A DNA stretch of 64,000 bases. Source: Phoronis australis (taxonomy: Eukaryota; Animalia; Phoronida). Below the pieces are notes generated by a model that was given only the letters and a program-made list of their open reading frames with translations, searched no databases and was not told where the DNA came from. Positions 50,669 to 62,909 of the stretch are shown in pieces. Within the stretch, counting starts at the first letter, position 1; every line of letters starts with the position of its first letter. Position numbers and translations under genes: made by a program. The stretch is taken from contig NMRA01000094.1 of assembly GCA_002633005.1 (NCBI GenBank), positions 24,208 to 88,207 of the forward strand, written 5' to 3'.

Positions 50669-52320
50669 AGGAAGACCGTTCTTCCATAGTTTTTACAATA
50701 CAATGTCATTGAAACTTGTTTGAACTGGAAGTGTGATCATTAATAACACCGCAATCTTAATCAGATACGCCCCCCATTGGGGGACTTCGATATTAAACTG
50801 ATTTTTTGAAACGGGGCGAAATGTCAGGGGCATGCTCCGCCTTTGCCACGAGTTGGCCTGGTATTTCAGAACCTCCAGCATAGGCCCACTCCCCTCTGCG
50901 GAGTAATAATGAAACAAAGAATAATCGAAAACTAGCACTACGCTAAAAGTTGTGCCTCCTTTCATCCTTGATGGTAAGTAATTAGAAATGTGATGAACAC
51001 TTATGAGCCGCTTAAATTGCAAGTAGTTAATAGCAAAATCAAACTTAATTCGTAAAGTAAGTAAAATGTTTATTTTACATTGGTGCAGGAGAATACAAAA
51101 CAAGAAAAACATGAGCACAAGTGCTAGTCACCGATAACTGATGTATATAAACAAAGATGCAGCAAATGAGATTTGAACAATGAAACATATACAATGACAG
51201 TGATATCTTACTTTATTCTTCAAAGGCCATAATTACATGAAGTGCATTTCTGATAGGTAGGCCTACATTCCCGTTTCAAAAAAATTGACAGTCTACTGCT
51301 GAAAGTGACATCAGCACAGCCGCTAACATTGTTCGTCAACTGAACCGGTGCCATAGTACAACTCCCTGTTATTTAACTGATTTTGTCCCATAAGTTGTCG
51401 TATATGCCCGAAAAAAGCTATTTGGTTTTGACCTGCGAGAAACTATCAAAACGAATTAAAGAAATAATGACAACTCAACACTTTCCTCAGGCAACAAACC
51501 CGTTAAAGGGGTTCAACACAGTTTCAATTTATCGTTATTTTTTTTCTAAAAATTCATAGTTTTTAGTTTTTGTCTACCACAAATTTGCAAAAAAAATTGA
51601 TGGCGAGTAAATTAACTTCTGTTGTAACGCTCACTACTTACAATTTTTGTACGAGTTTCTGAAAAAAACTCTAATTAAATTAATGATTTAGCAAAACTAC
51701 TTAATTTCGTTGTACGATGCCAGTTTCATATATTAACTGCTTTATGTTTATTTCCCAGTTTACTGACTTCAGTCTTACGTCGGCATGGTCTTAATCTTTG
51801 TGTACCTCAGTCATTTAATGATTACGAGGGGAATGTATTTAATTGTTTTTTTCGAAAACATGCTGGCATCTGTACGCCTGAAGACGCCACGAGCTTGCAC
51901 GTAACGGATTTTGACACGTTCCAAACGAACTGTCTGCAAGTATTGTACCAATAAAAGATTATGTGGTATTCTATAATGCACCTATTAAAAGTTTTAATTT
52001 TATAACATGTTCGTGAAGACGCGGGGGGTCCGGGCACGTGCGGGTGTCTTAAAGTGTAATTTGCAAGGTCCAAGTATGATAAATTGCAATAATATCTTCA
52101 AGGTATTGCTATTTGGATGTATTTTATTCAAATCATCGTATTATTGTATCTTTAGGTATTTTAAAAAAGCGAAAATAAGAAAATACGCGAAAAGTTGACC
52201 TTTGACACCGTGACATGGTGTTGGGAACACAAACCAGATCATATCCCACAATGCAGTTCACTGCTATTATATCACAGTACACGAAGAACAAAGGCCGTTC
52301 AACCTTGGCGTGTTTTAGCC

Positions 52321-52566
52321 ATGGTGCATCGGTGTGTGTGTGCTAAGTATTTTAACACCACCCAGGTGGAAGGCATGAGCCCATTTAAATTCTAAAAAGA
52401 CAAGCATCTGGCTGCGTAATGGCAGGTTTTCGTGTGCTCTGCTCGTCTTTTGAAAATGACTGTGGAGTCAGCCATCTGTCGGAGCCGAAATATGCTCCGA
52501 CCATTTTGAGGACGGCTGCTTTGACGACAAACACATCATGAAGGTTGAAGCTGGTCTTATAAAAAG
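52321..52566 (+). pseudogene. THAP zinc-finger exon of the Kolobok transposase gene
   Basis: MVHRCVCAKYFN..SPFKF*KDKHLAA*W..ICSDHFEDGCF, with stops and a frameshift. Donor AAG|GTAAG at 52566. Confidence 0.78.
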
Positions 52567-53390
52567 GTAAGTTACCTTGAGAATTTTGATGTCTAATAAT
52601 TCATGACGCTTTCGCAGTGCCTGAACAATAACAAACTTTTTTCACAATCACCGTAGTTCTCAAGTGTTTAAAATCTGTAGTTTTTCCTTGAAAGATTTAG
52701 TTATAAATGGATCGGTAAAACTAAAAGCCACAACAAATAAAGCTGATTCTCAAAAGATGCATGTATTTTGAAAAGAATGCAGACTATGAATAAAGTAAAA
52801 CATGATGGTAACTCAATTCCAAGGTTTTGATTATTAAAGTAGTCTGTTTAAAAAAAAAACAGGATTAAAATCTAGTTTTGGCATTTGCTTGAAGGTTATA
52901 AAACAAGGCGAAAACTTGTAATTAGATATCATCGTGTTTTACTTTAATCATGGACAACTCAGGATTCAAAATGTTTTTTTTTACTTTTGAATTGCCGATG
53001 TTGTGCTTTTCAGAGTATGTAAATTAAAAGAGAACACCTTCCACTTAGTGCGGAACAAAAGAGAAGCTGGAGATCTTGAAATTCGCTTAGAAATTGATGC
53101 CCCTCCAATGCCGACTGCTGGTGCTCCAGATGTGTCCAAGGAGGATGCCGTGGCACAGATAAATTCAGACTTGGTGCTTTGTCAATGGACAGCACTGGAA
53201 TTTCTTTCCGTCACATATTTAACAGTCACTACCAATGTTTTAGATCAAATTTTTGATAGTGGTACAGAAAGCAATGTCAGAGTGTTTATAGTACCAGTAG
53301 TGGAAATTGTGAAAAGCTTTTGTGTGTGGTATTTGGCTGTCCCATTTGTATAGATAAACCCAGTGATATACTATGTTCTTATATTGGAAC

Positions 53391-53538
53391 TGGTGGCAGA
53401 TTTAGAGGGGAGCCATGCCCCCCCTAAAATTCTCCCAGATTCCATTTGACTGTTTGGGGGTGCGAATGTCTGACGGGCAAAATCCTGGCTAATACCGTGC
53501 CCTGGCCCCCCTAACTCAAAATCCTGGATCCGCACCTG
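53391..53538 (-). mobile_element. CAG-family MITE nested in the Kolobok element
   Basis: Similar to 50515-50668. Flanks GGAAC/GAAAC. Confidence 0.82.
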
Positions 53539-53946
53539 GAAACAATTCAATGGTTCTTCAATACAATGACTACAAATATTGCGGCATAGCTTTTTAAGTA
53601 TATTTGATTTGCACTAAACTATTGCTGTCCCATACAGTGGGTCGGTAAAGGAAGTCTTTCTTAAGTGGGGGTGAAAAGGTACTTGTTTGGGTCGTCAGTC
53701 TTTTCGTGCGACAATCTCATCTAAATTGTACACAGAATAATCACTTGCACAGAATTCGAACATTGTCTTGGGAATTTTTGAGTGAGTGGTATAAGCACTC
53801 CCTCCAGATTTCCCAATTCTTACTCATGTGCATACTTTTCGTGTTTTCACACCATGTGATAGACATCTAAAGCTATTGCATACTGGAGCTTTTGGGTTGA
53901 GATTCAGTGGTTGCTGTGTCGTGTTATTTGATTTCTCATTCAATTA

Positions 53947-54086
53947 CAGTAGAACTCGCTAAGTTGTATCCAGTGAGACTGAGATATTTCATCAAAGTTA
54001 GAGTTATTTGGAGGCGTTACTGCGGAGTTTTTGCTAACCTTTCTAAAGTTCCCACTGAAGCGCTACCAATTTAGAGAGTTCTACTG
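53947..54086. mobile_element. Tc1/mariner (Tigger-like) MITE nested in the Kolobok element
   Basis: TA|CAGTAGAACTC...GAGTTCTACTG|TA. Confidence 0.85.
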
Positions 54087-54619
54087 TATAAGAAGAGGGC
54101 AGAAGATTCAGTCTCGACTTCCGACCATGGCCCAGATTCAAAACTTTTAATTTTTTTATGTAACAGCCATACTGTTCAATGTGTTCGCTTCAAGCACACA
54201 AACTGGGCTCCAGTGAGACAAATTCCTCTGTTTACCTAGGTAAACCATAAGTTTAACTGATGTTGAGTTTAGAGGTTTATTGTGTAGTCCTAGTTAAATT
54301 ACACTTGTCGTGACCATGTTATCATAAGTAACCAGATTGATGAGCATCAATAAATGCTGCTCGCTGTGTCAATTATTTACCATTCTGAAGAAGCCTACTT
54401 CAATTTCATGCCGCTGAGGTTGCACTGCGATTGCATTCGTTTATTACGATGTTTGATCTTTCTATGGAATTTGTCACTACAACTTTTTGCAACTCGTTTG
54501 AATTACATAAAACTAGTCCCCGAGTCACAAGTTTTTATAACAGAATACATAGGTCATGTGGAGGAGTTGGCATTCCAGGGCTAAGACAACTGTTGATATT
54601 CTATAAATGGGTGAAACTT

Positions 54620-56540
54620 TTAAGAAAATCCTTGGAACTCAAAGTCTTCCTCATTTCCTGGCGGAGGGTAGAAAGCTCTGATGCAGGCTACTGCGCATGC
54701 TGGAATGACAACACGGACTGTTCGTCCTAAGTGACTGTGTACCCATCTTATGAACTGTCTGTAGGCCACGTGTCAAATCCTTTTATCTGTCATAGCCATC
54801 AGGATATTGGCTTTTGTACTGCAACCATGCAGTCTCCAAAACACCACGATTGATGTATACAGGTTTAAACCCCCATGCTCCACAATACATTTTTTCTTCT
54901 GTGTTAGTTGTCACGCTTCTTTTCTTCATCAAGTTTTGCAACAACCTTGTCAACCTCTTGGCAACATACTCTTTCTTCAACTAGGGAGGTTGTCTGACAG
55001 TTGCCCCTGGTGCACCTGCAAGATGTGTCAACAATAATACATTATTTCAGTAAACATCAAAATTTCGAAATGAAAAATTTACCAAGAGTGCCTCTACCAA
55101 ATTGAGGGGTCTACATACGACTTCAGTTTTCAGGAAAAATGGTTGGAACATCACAACCTATTTATTTTTTGTACAAATTGATCATATATAGTAAAGATAT
55201 TTACTTTTCATACAAATGAATAGTGTTACACCCAAGGCAGTGGTAGATCATGCCCTGGGGATATAGTTAAGTAATGGACATTAGTTGTTTGATTTTTAGT
55301 AGTTGGTAGTTGCCCTGATTCATTGATGGAGGGGACTGTTTTGTATGTAGTCGTGAGACCTGTTCTCCCAATCTGAATCCTATCGGCACCCACATACCAT
55401 TAATCAAACTAGACAATGCCAATGGGGCAAACCAACTTGAAAAGCAGTGTTGCCACTCAAAGGGTCGCCCATATTCTAAATATTTCAGTATACATTAAAA
55501 CTTCTTGATATGCTATATGGGCAATCACCAATCCAATGGTATGCTCTCTTTACCAGGCGGTTCCTACCCAAGTCGACTCGTAACCAAGCCATGTACCATA
55601 TTTCATTTATAAATAATGGCAACATTGAGTCAATGTACATCGACATGAAATGGTTGTTTCCATTTCAAGCATCGCCTTACAAAATAAAACTGTTTTGGCA
55701 TATGTGTAGATTGATATAGGTCCGAGTTGACTTGAGTACGAAAATGAAATGACTTGTTCTATAACCTACAGAATTATGCCCTCCCCCAGCACCAAAGTGA
55801 GAAAGTCTAAATTATAAAATTGCAATTCTTTCATCCTCTCCTTTACAATTCACAGTCGATTATTCCAAAGTGGTTCTCATTCATTCCCTTGCATACATTT
55901 ATTCACTCACTAGTAACACCCCGCTCAGTCTCGGAGAAGTAAGAGACAATTTTGTTCAATGCTCAATTGCATGCCAGTGAAACCCAGGATTCGAACCTGA
56001 GTCTCACGAGCTCACACCACTGAGCCACACTGTCTACAAATAATCAGAGACCTAACACATTTTGAGTGATTTGCTATAATGCAAAAAAATCCCAGTTTTA
56101 TCGCTGAAACTGGTATTTATCCACGGCTGAAACACGATTCACCAATGGGGATATGGGCGCCTGGGACTGACTGGTAAAGCAAATACTTTTGAATTAAAAA
56201 AGACCAAGTTATAATTCGCGGTTGTAGGATACATATTGATAATATTCTTACCAATAACTAACATCTAATCGCAACTCCTGCGCACCTTCAGCCTGTTGAC
56301 GTTCACAGGACGAACCCGCTGGGATTGAGTCTTCGGCAACCAGAGAAAGGGTCGTGAAAGGGCCGGGTCGAGGGAGAACTGCTCCACTACAGAAAAGCTG
56401 GGAACACATATTGTTCCTCTGAGATCTGTCACCTCCACCTCCACGTCCGAAAGGTGGGAATCATCTGAAAAGTCCACCTGTCCGCCCCTGTATCGTTCAA
56501 AGTATTCCTCATCTACGCTGCTGTACTCACTTGCAAACAC
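54620..56540 (-). pseudogene. Two-exon P2X7 intracellular ('ballast')-like gene, disrupted
   Basis: Exon ~56540-56252 (acidic, ..LRLDVSYW) splices via TG|GTAAG..GCAG|G to 55015-54620: CTRGNC..ERVCCQEVD..GFKPVYINRGVLETAW..*HVAYRQFIRWVHSHLGRTVRVVIPACAVACIRAFYP. Contains a TGA and frameshifts. Confidence 0.83.
55975..56030 (-). mobile_element. tRNA-derived SINE head
   Basis: Minus strand box A GTGGCTCAGTGG and box B GGTTCGAATCC, with no cloverleaf. Confidence 0.6.
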
Positions 56541-57935
56541 ACTGCTTCCTTTGTGTTCCCCAACACCACGTCACAGACGTGTAACGAACGAAAATGACGC
56601 CGTTTCTATTCTCCGTTACAACGATGGCGTTACAACACCACGGCACTAAATATGTAAATAACTTTCTATAGCGGTTTACAATTCGGCTAATGTTAAGAAT
56701 ATAACAATGATAATTATAAACTAGAATTTAGACCATATTGTTGTTCAGATTGGTTTGGACCTTGCAATTTCCTCTTTAAGTGGCCTCAACATCATGACCT
56801 CTAGTGGACTACCGCAACTGGTACAGCACAGTGAGCGTAAAGAGGTTCCATTTCAGCCACTGAATTGCACCTTTCAAACAACTAGCTAGACATGAATTTT
56901 AAAAAAACATTCAAGTGTAAGTAACTTAAAGTTACATTTAGAGACTTAAAATTAAGCTGCAGCCGCGGTCAATTTGCTGTGTCAAAAAAATAATAAATTC
57001 TAGAAGTAGGCCAAGCTTGGGGTAGGTAGTTTTAAGGTAGGCGTTGCATGTAGGTTCAGTGATTCTAGTTCGTTTGTATTTGTGAACAAAGTTGGTTGTA
57101 GTTACACCCTTTTTCAGAATGACGGCCTCCTGATGCACTTGTGCATTGCTGTCGCGTTGGGCTGAGAAATCGGCAGTGGTTTCAGTTGAGGTAGCGCTCA
57201 AATAAGCAAGAATTGCAAAACGTAGTTGATTGACAGTACTTTTCGACCCGGCCACATTTTGGATGGAAATTTACTTTCAAAATCCGCTAAGGTTAGCTTT
57301 ATAGTCGCGCATAGGCAGTGGCAGAAGTTGTGCATGATTTTGGGATGTTACGTGCCCGTTTCGTATTTTTCCCATTTTTCTTAGCCTATCTGGCTTTTCA
57401 GTTGGAGTGAAAAGGCCAAAAATACAGAATAAAGTTTCTATGCTCATCTGTAGGATTTATGACTGTGAAATGACACGAAACTTTTCATTTGCCGGTTTTC
57501 GACAGATCAGGTGACAAAATACATTGATGCTGTTCTGCAAAACAGTGCCATACTGTTCTGTGCCCCGCAAATGCTTACATACGCCATTTTCGACTTCGCT
57601 ATTTTACTGTCGGTCCCTAATCCGATTAAGCGTTTTCTCAGTCGATATGAAAGTTTGTGGTGTGGTAAAAGAAATATAATTTCTATCTCTGTAACGATTA
57701 TCATGAGAATAAAAGTCCTACCCACCTATACTCGATTTTCGATTTAGTCAGGAAAACAGGGTGAAATGCAGCAGAGTCATGGTAAATTTAGAGATCTACG
57801 TCACAGGTACTTGCGGCAGGCTAAGCCACGACTCATAAAACTGGGTCACACACGTTATCGAGGTGCCAACTGATAACTCACCTTTGTGACTGAGGAGTCC
57901 AAACTAGAGTGAGGGCTGGTCGAAGAAGCCGCACT

Positions 57936-58113
57936 ATGTACAGTTTACTATCATTCTTTCTTCTTGTAGTTCTTACCGTCCTTTCATCGTGGCTTATGAA
58001 AATATGGCGCACCACTCTGCCCCCGGGACCGTTTCCGCTCCCATTTATTGGAAACTTGCATCAGATAGCGTGGCGTGGAATTGACAACATGCAACTGACG
58101 TTTATTGAGTGGA
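57936..58113 (+). CDS. CYP exon 1 (membrane anchor and proline hinge)
   Basis: MYSLLSFFLLVVL..LPPGPFPLPFIGNL, donor GGA|GTGAGT. Confidence 0.9.
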
Positions 58114-61100
58114 GTGAGTAAGCAATGAGTCTTTTCGATAAAAATTTAGTTTCACTGAGATATCCAAGACAGCCTGTCTGGAATTTTTAAGTGTTGGTAA
58201 TAAAACTAGGCAGGCAAATTGTGAATCGTGCCCTGCGTTCTTCTTTATTCACATTTAGCCTGGTAGTTAGTGGTGGAAAAGATGTGACAGATTGCTTTTC
58301 AACACCTGATATCTCGCTCATCGTCTCGAATCCTGGTATCCCTCCGGTTCAGTCATTACTGATGACCCTCGTGTTTGCTGATTCTCCGCCCCCGGTAGTC
58401 TCCAGTTTCAACCATAGATATGTCTATGCTTTCAACGATACTGTAGTGACTCAGGATCGCTCACCCAGAGAGCGCTGCATTGACGATGCATTATTACGCA
58501 ATGTACCACTGTAGCGTGAACACCAAGATTGACTCAGTTATGGTGACATGCGGCACATCAGCGTCCTCTGTGTACAGCTAGTAGCCTAGAGGCACACAGT
58601 GCACTATTGTGTCATTGGAGTTTTTAGCGCTGAAATTTTTTTCGTTCTACGAGAAAGGAAAATTGCTTCAAACTTTACAGAAATAGAACCATTACAAACA
58701 AATCTTGTATTAATTCTATTATCAAAAACATTAAAGTCACTGAACATAGAAATTCTGCCTCCAAAAGTTCGTCCTCACCGGGCACACGTACTGTGTTTGT
58801 AGGTTGCAAAAACTGGAGAATAATAACCCGAAGTCACGGAGATTGGTACTGAATTGTCTGTTGCTGATGTTTGACGGGAACTTAACGCCAATAGTAAAGA
58901 ATACATTTGGGGAGCTGGGCGTAAACGATCCAGAATAGATTATTTTCTAATTTCTGAAAATCTTTTAGCCGATATTGACGACTCCATCAATAAATCAAGC
59001 GGGAGATGCACATTCTCAGCAGCAAAAATCACTGTTGTGCTGCAATGGATTCCCTCCCACTGTGGCATCAGCGGCAACAAGGAAGCAGTCAGACTCTCCA
59101 AGACAGGAAGCAAACTGGAGCAGACGGCGCACCCATCATCATATGGAGAAGTAAAAACCCTCCTACGAAGTCACCTTAGAAGTGCCTGGAGGGTACGCCT
59201 ACGTCTAGAGACTGAAGAGGACCATATCCACCAGCTTGACCGGCAAGAACACTGAGTCACTATCTTTAGGCTAAGAAGCGGCCGCTGAAGAAATAACCTT
59301 GTTGGAAAAAAGTCTGATCCTTGATAGGGAAATACTTGAACAAAACATCATCAACTTGCCGAGACAAGGCAGAATAAGTTAAGAGGTCTTATGACTAAGT
59401 CGAGAGCAAGATGGATTAAAGAGGGTGAAAAACATTCCAAATATTTTCTTCATTTAGAAAATAGGCATTACACAAGTAATTTTATCCTTTTTGTAGAAAA
59501 TGACAATACTAAAACCAATAATGAAGAAGAGGTTATTCAGAAAACCAAAACTTTTAATGAAAATCTATACAAATATAGAAGTTCAAACAATACTTCTTTA
59601 GAAACTCTTCTTGATAAGGTGTGTATCTCCAAACTGAAAGAGACGGAAAAGAAAACTTAGAAGGTCTTACATATGAAGAAGTCACACAATGCTCGAAAAA
59701 AAAAAGAAACATAACAACACAGGCTCCGATGGTTTTTCAGTGGAATTTCTGATTTTTTTGGGCGAAACTAGACATTTCGTTGTTCGCTCACTTAATACTG
59801 CTTTTGCCGTTGGTCAGTTATCATCATCACAGAAAGAGGGAGTGATTACCTGCATCCATAAGGGAGCAGATAAAAGTAAACATTATTTGAAAAACTGGAG
59901 ACCCATATCCTTACTCAATGTGACGCATAAATTGGCTTCTTCGGCTGAGGCTGAACGGTTAACATCCGTTTTGGCAAAACTAATCAGTAACTATCAGACA
60001 AGTTTTGTTTCTGGAAGAAATATGAACGAAAATATCCGCGTGATATATGAGTTAATGTTTTAGGACTGCTCTTACTGATCGATTTCGAGAAAGCATTTGA
60101 TACAGTGTGGTGGAATTTTATTCAAAAATTTATCTTTCCTTAATTTGCTGTTCTGCCTGTCGCCCATCCACTGCGGAACATGCCAATAATGCTCCTGGAA
60201 ACTAGTTTAATGACTGTGTAACCCTGTTGCGCCTGTCGCCCATCCACCGTGGAACATCCCAATTATGCTCCTGGGAACTAGCTGAGTAATCACGTTTTAA
60301 TAGGAGTTCCTTTGCTCACTATCTTGCCAGAACCCGACAGTGTGTCACCCACCTCTTCATTGCGCACTGTGCGCATATATAATAGTTAAGGTGAACCCAC
60401 CTTCCATAACTTTTGACCAAGACCACTTAACCATGCAATTGGTATCATATCAAATTGTTCCTTAATCAAATTAGAGTTAATGTCAGGGCTTCAATAAGCC
60501 GAGCATGGTCTCAAGGAATAAAATACTCACTTCTCATTTGAGTTAGGAACAAGTTGACGCCAACTTCATCATATTTTAATATTACTACTTAAATGTAGTC
60601 TAAATCAAAAAATTCATTTCAGGTTTTGATTTAAAGTGGTTTTAAAAGCCGCTTTAATTTTTTTTCACTCGCTATTTGTAAAAACGACTTTAGATAAGAG
60701 GCGGTTCAGTGCTTGGGAACAGGTGTTATTATTTGCCAACAGGGCCTGGAGTGATCACGGTGGGTCATTTTATATGCCGCAGAGTGTCCAAGGCATATTA
60801 GTTTAATCCCAGTGATCAGCTGACTGCTTGCACTCTACGACAGGTCGTCAGTATGGTGACGTATTTACTGTGTACATTGGCTGGAGACCTTGGGTGATAC
60901 TGAGCTCTTATGACGTCATCAAAGATGCGTTTGCCATGGCCCAATTGTCCGGAAGACCAAGAAACTTCATCACAGATGTCATTGGGCAACAATCAGGTAG
61001 AGAAATCAGTTCGAACTACATTTTTGAGGTCCGTTTGTTGAAGCACGTAATAAATTTGTGGAGATTAAGAACTTCTTTGTTTTCTGCCAGCTTACATCTG

Positions 61101-62909
61101 GCGCAACGTCAAGCATCGTTTGTCCATCATGTACATACCATACGCATTCAAAATGATTGCAAGAAATGAAGAAGTATAATCCAAGTAACGAGAAACGTTA
61201 TGTACATCGCATTGTTGTTTTCCACTGTGATTGCGTCTACACTTAGAATGATAATTATTTGTTTGTTAATTAGCTGAAATGCATATACGGTGTTGTCAAA
61301 TCTAATGACTTCTTCACACATTTTGGATTAGGTATTGCTTCGTCAGAAGGAAGAGTATGGAGAGACCAAAGAAGATTTGCGTTGACCCACCTTCGTGAGT
61401 TCGGCTTTGGAAAGGTTTCATTCGAAAGCAAGGTTCAAGAAGAGGTTACTTGTCTCATGACAAAATGGCGCCAATTTGATGGCAGACCTTTTGATATTCA
61501 AGTAAGTATTAGCTCTACAGTTTACGGTTTCTCTTGTATGAACGTGTAATGTTTTACAAAATTGTGCGCCTCTTTGAATAACGTATCTGTGTAAAACGTC
61601 AAATTCATGATAGACCGGGAAATTCCGTGATGAGATTTATGTATAGAAAAAAGAACACTAAATTTATATTGTTTACAAAGAGACAGTAGTCCTAACCAAT
61701 TAATCATTTCAACTGCATCAGTGACAGTTTCTGGTAATCAATAACATGTCTTTGTAGTTTTGGATGACCAATTCTGTGACGAATTTGATATGCTCAATAA
61801 TACTTGGTCGACGTTTCGACTACGAGGACCAGCGATTCCTCTCCTTTCTGCACAGGGCTAACGACAGTTTAACCAGTAAGATATCTTCCGACAATGCAAG
61901 TTTCATTTTCATTTCGTCGTTCTGTGACACCTAAGAGAACTACGGTCAGTAGTTTGAGACGTCACTTTGGCCTCTCTGTACAATTGTGTTTCATCACAGT
62001 CGAAATTCTTTTTGCATCTAATGTTGCATCAAGATCATATAAGCAGTGCATAGATCAGCTCGAAATTTCAAAAATGGGTTTATAAAATTACTAAACAATT
62101 TTTGCTTGTGTGGTTGACGTAGCAGTCATTCATGTTTTGCTTGAGACAGTTTTGGTGCATTAACTGACCCGGCCGTCGTGACGGCGACTGCTTGAGATTG
62201 TAACAGACAATTTGACAAAAATTCAGAAGTGAAAGTGGTTTAAATAAAAAGTTATTGTTTTATGAGTGCTCAGTTTAAAGCAGCTTTAACGTAAATTCCT
62301 TGAACATTGCATAGGCGGATTAAGGGGGGGGGGGGAGGGGGCCCGCCCCCCCCCTGGNNNTGGCTGCCGTAAGCAAAAATGAAACAGCAACAGCGTGAAG
62401 CGCGAGGAAATATTGAGGAGCAAGCAACTAGGACGTGGAGAAGGGGGTGCCTCAGACCGCGGCGTTCCCGTTTTTTTTTAGTCCATCAGTACATTTCCCG
62501 AACAGAAGGTCCACATATCCGGCTCCCGCAACTTCGGGCCTGCGCTGCACATACAATCGCGCTTTGCCCGATTCCCCGAGACAACATGTTGGCCCCCCCT
62601 TATGGTATCTTAGATCCGCCACTGCATGGCTTCCGCAATCAGTTAAACGCGGCTTGTTCTGAATTTCAGAAGCAAATCGCGCGTTCTTACTTATTGAAGT
62701 GTTTCCTTTCTTGCGTTACGTTCCCGGCGACGTGCTTGGAGTCAACTCCATCCTAAAAGATGTTGAAGTTGTGGAAATGTTCTTCAAAGAGATCATCGCA
62801 GAGCACAAGGCTACCTACAACTCGGGCAACATGCGGGACTTCATAGACACCTATCTTAAACAAATTGACTCGGAAACAAAAAGTGGAAAAACTGATTCTA
62901 CATTTTCAG
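57936..62909 (+). CDS. Cytochrome P450, clan 2 (CYP2-like), 5' five exons; gene continues beyond the window
   Basis: Exons 57936-58113, 60844-60996, 61332-61501, 61758-61875 and 62670-62909 are phase-consistent GT-AG. Motifs: TM anchor, PPGPFPLPFIGNL, YGDVF, WRDQRRF..LREFGFGK, NLICSIILGRRFDYED, RDFIDTYL. I-helix and heme exons are not in the window. Confidence 0.92.
58860..60135 (+). mobile_element. LINE (L1/Tx1-like) ORF2 fragment in CYP intron 1
   Basis: SRIDYFLISENL, SRARWIKEGEKHSKYF, GSDGFSVEF, KNWRPISLLNV and IDFEKAFD, with stops and frameshifts. Confidence 0.9.
59010..59290 (+). mobile_element. RNase H fragment of an I-group LINE embedded in the L1/Tx1-like fragment
   Basis: VLQWIPSHCGISGNKEAVRLSK..IHQLDRQEH*VTIFRLRSG. 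Confidence 0.8.
60844..60996 (+). CDS. CYP exon 2
   Basis: RQYGDVFTVYIG..VILSSYDVIKDAF..SGRP. Confidence 0.9.
61332..61501 (+). CDS. CYP exon 3 (C-helix WxxxR)
   Basis: GIASSEGRVWRDQRRFALTHLREFGFGK..PFDIQ|GTAAGT. Confidence 0.92.
61758..61875 (+). CDS. CYP exon 4
   Basis: SVTNLICSIILGRRFDYEDQRF, bounded by TTTGTAG| and CCA|GTAAG. Confidence 0.88.
62310..62624. mobile_element. CA(G/T)-terminated MITE in CYP intron 4
   Basis: CATAGGCGGATT...GATCCGCCACTG, flanks CATTG/CATGG. Confidence 0.78.
62670..62909 (+). CDS. CYP exon 5
   Basis: TTTCAG|AA..FPFLRYVPGD..IAEHK..RDFIDTYL..TFS G|GTAAA. Confidence 0.9.

Larger units (their letters stand above)
52053..56775. mobile_element. Kolobok-type DNA transposon (THAP plus P2X7-C-terminal-like genes), decayed
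   Basis: TTAA|AGTGTAATTTGCAAGGTCCAAG and TTTGGACCTTGCAATTTCCTCT|TTAA (18/22 inverted match), enclosing two convergent gene remnants. Confidence 0.85.

Noticed and set aside
55975-56030. tRNA gene
   Set aside because: A and B boxes are present, but there is no acceptor or anticodon stem. Treated as a SINE head.
61894-61902. GC-type donor (AAT|GCAAGT) for CYP exon 4
   Set aside because: The canonical GT donor at 61876 already matches the phase of the next exon.
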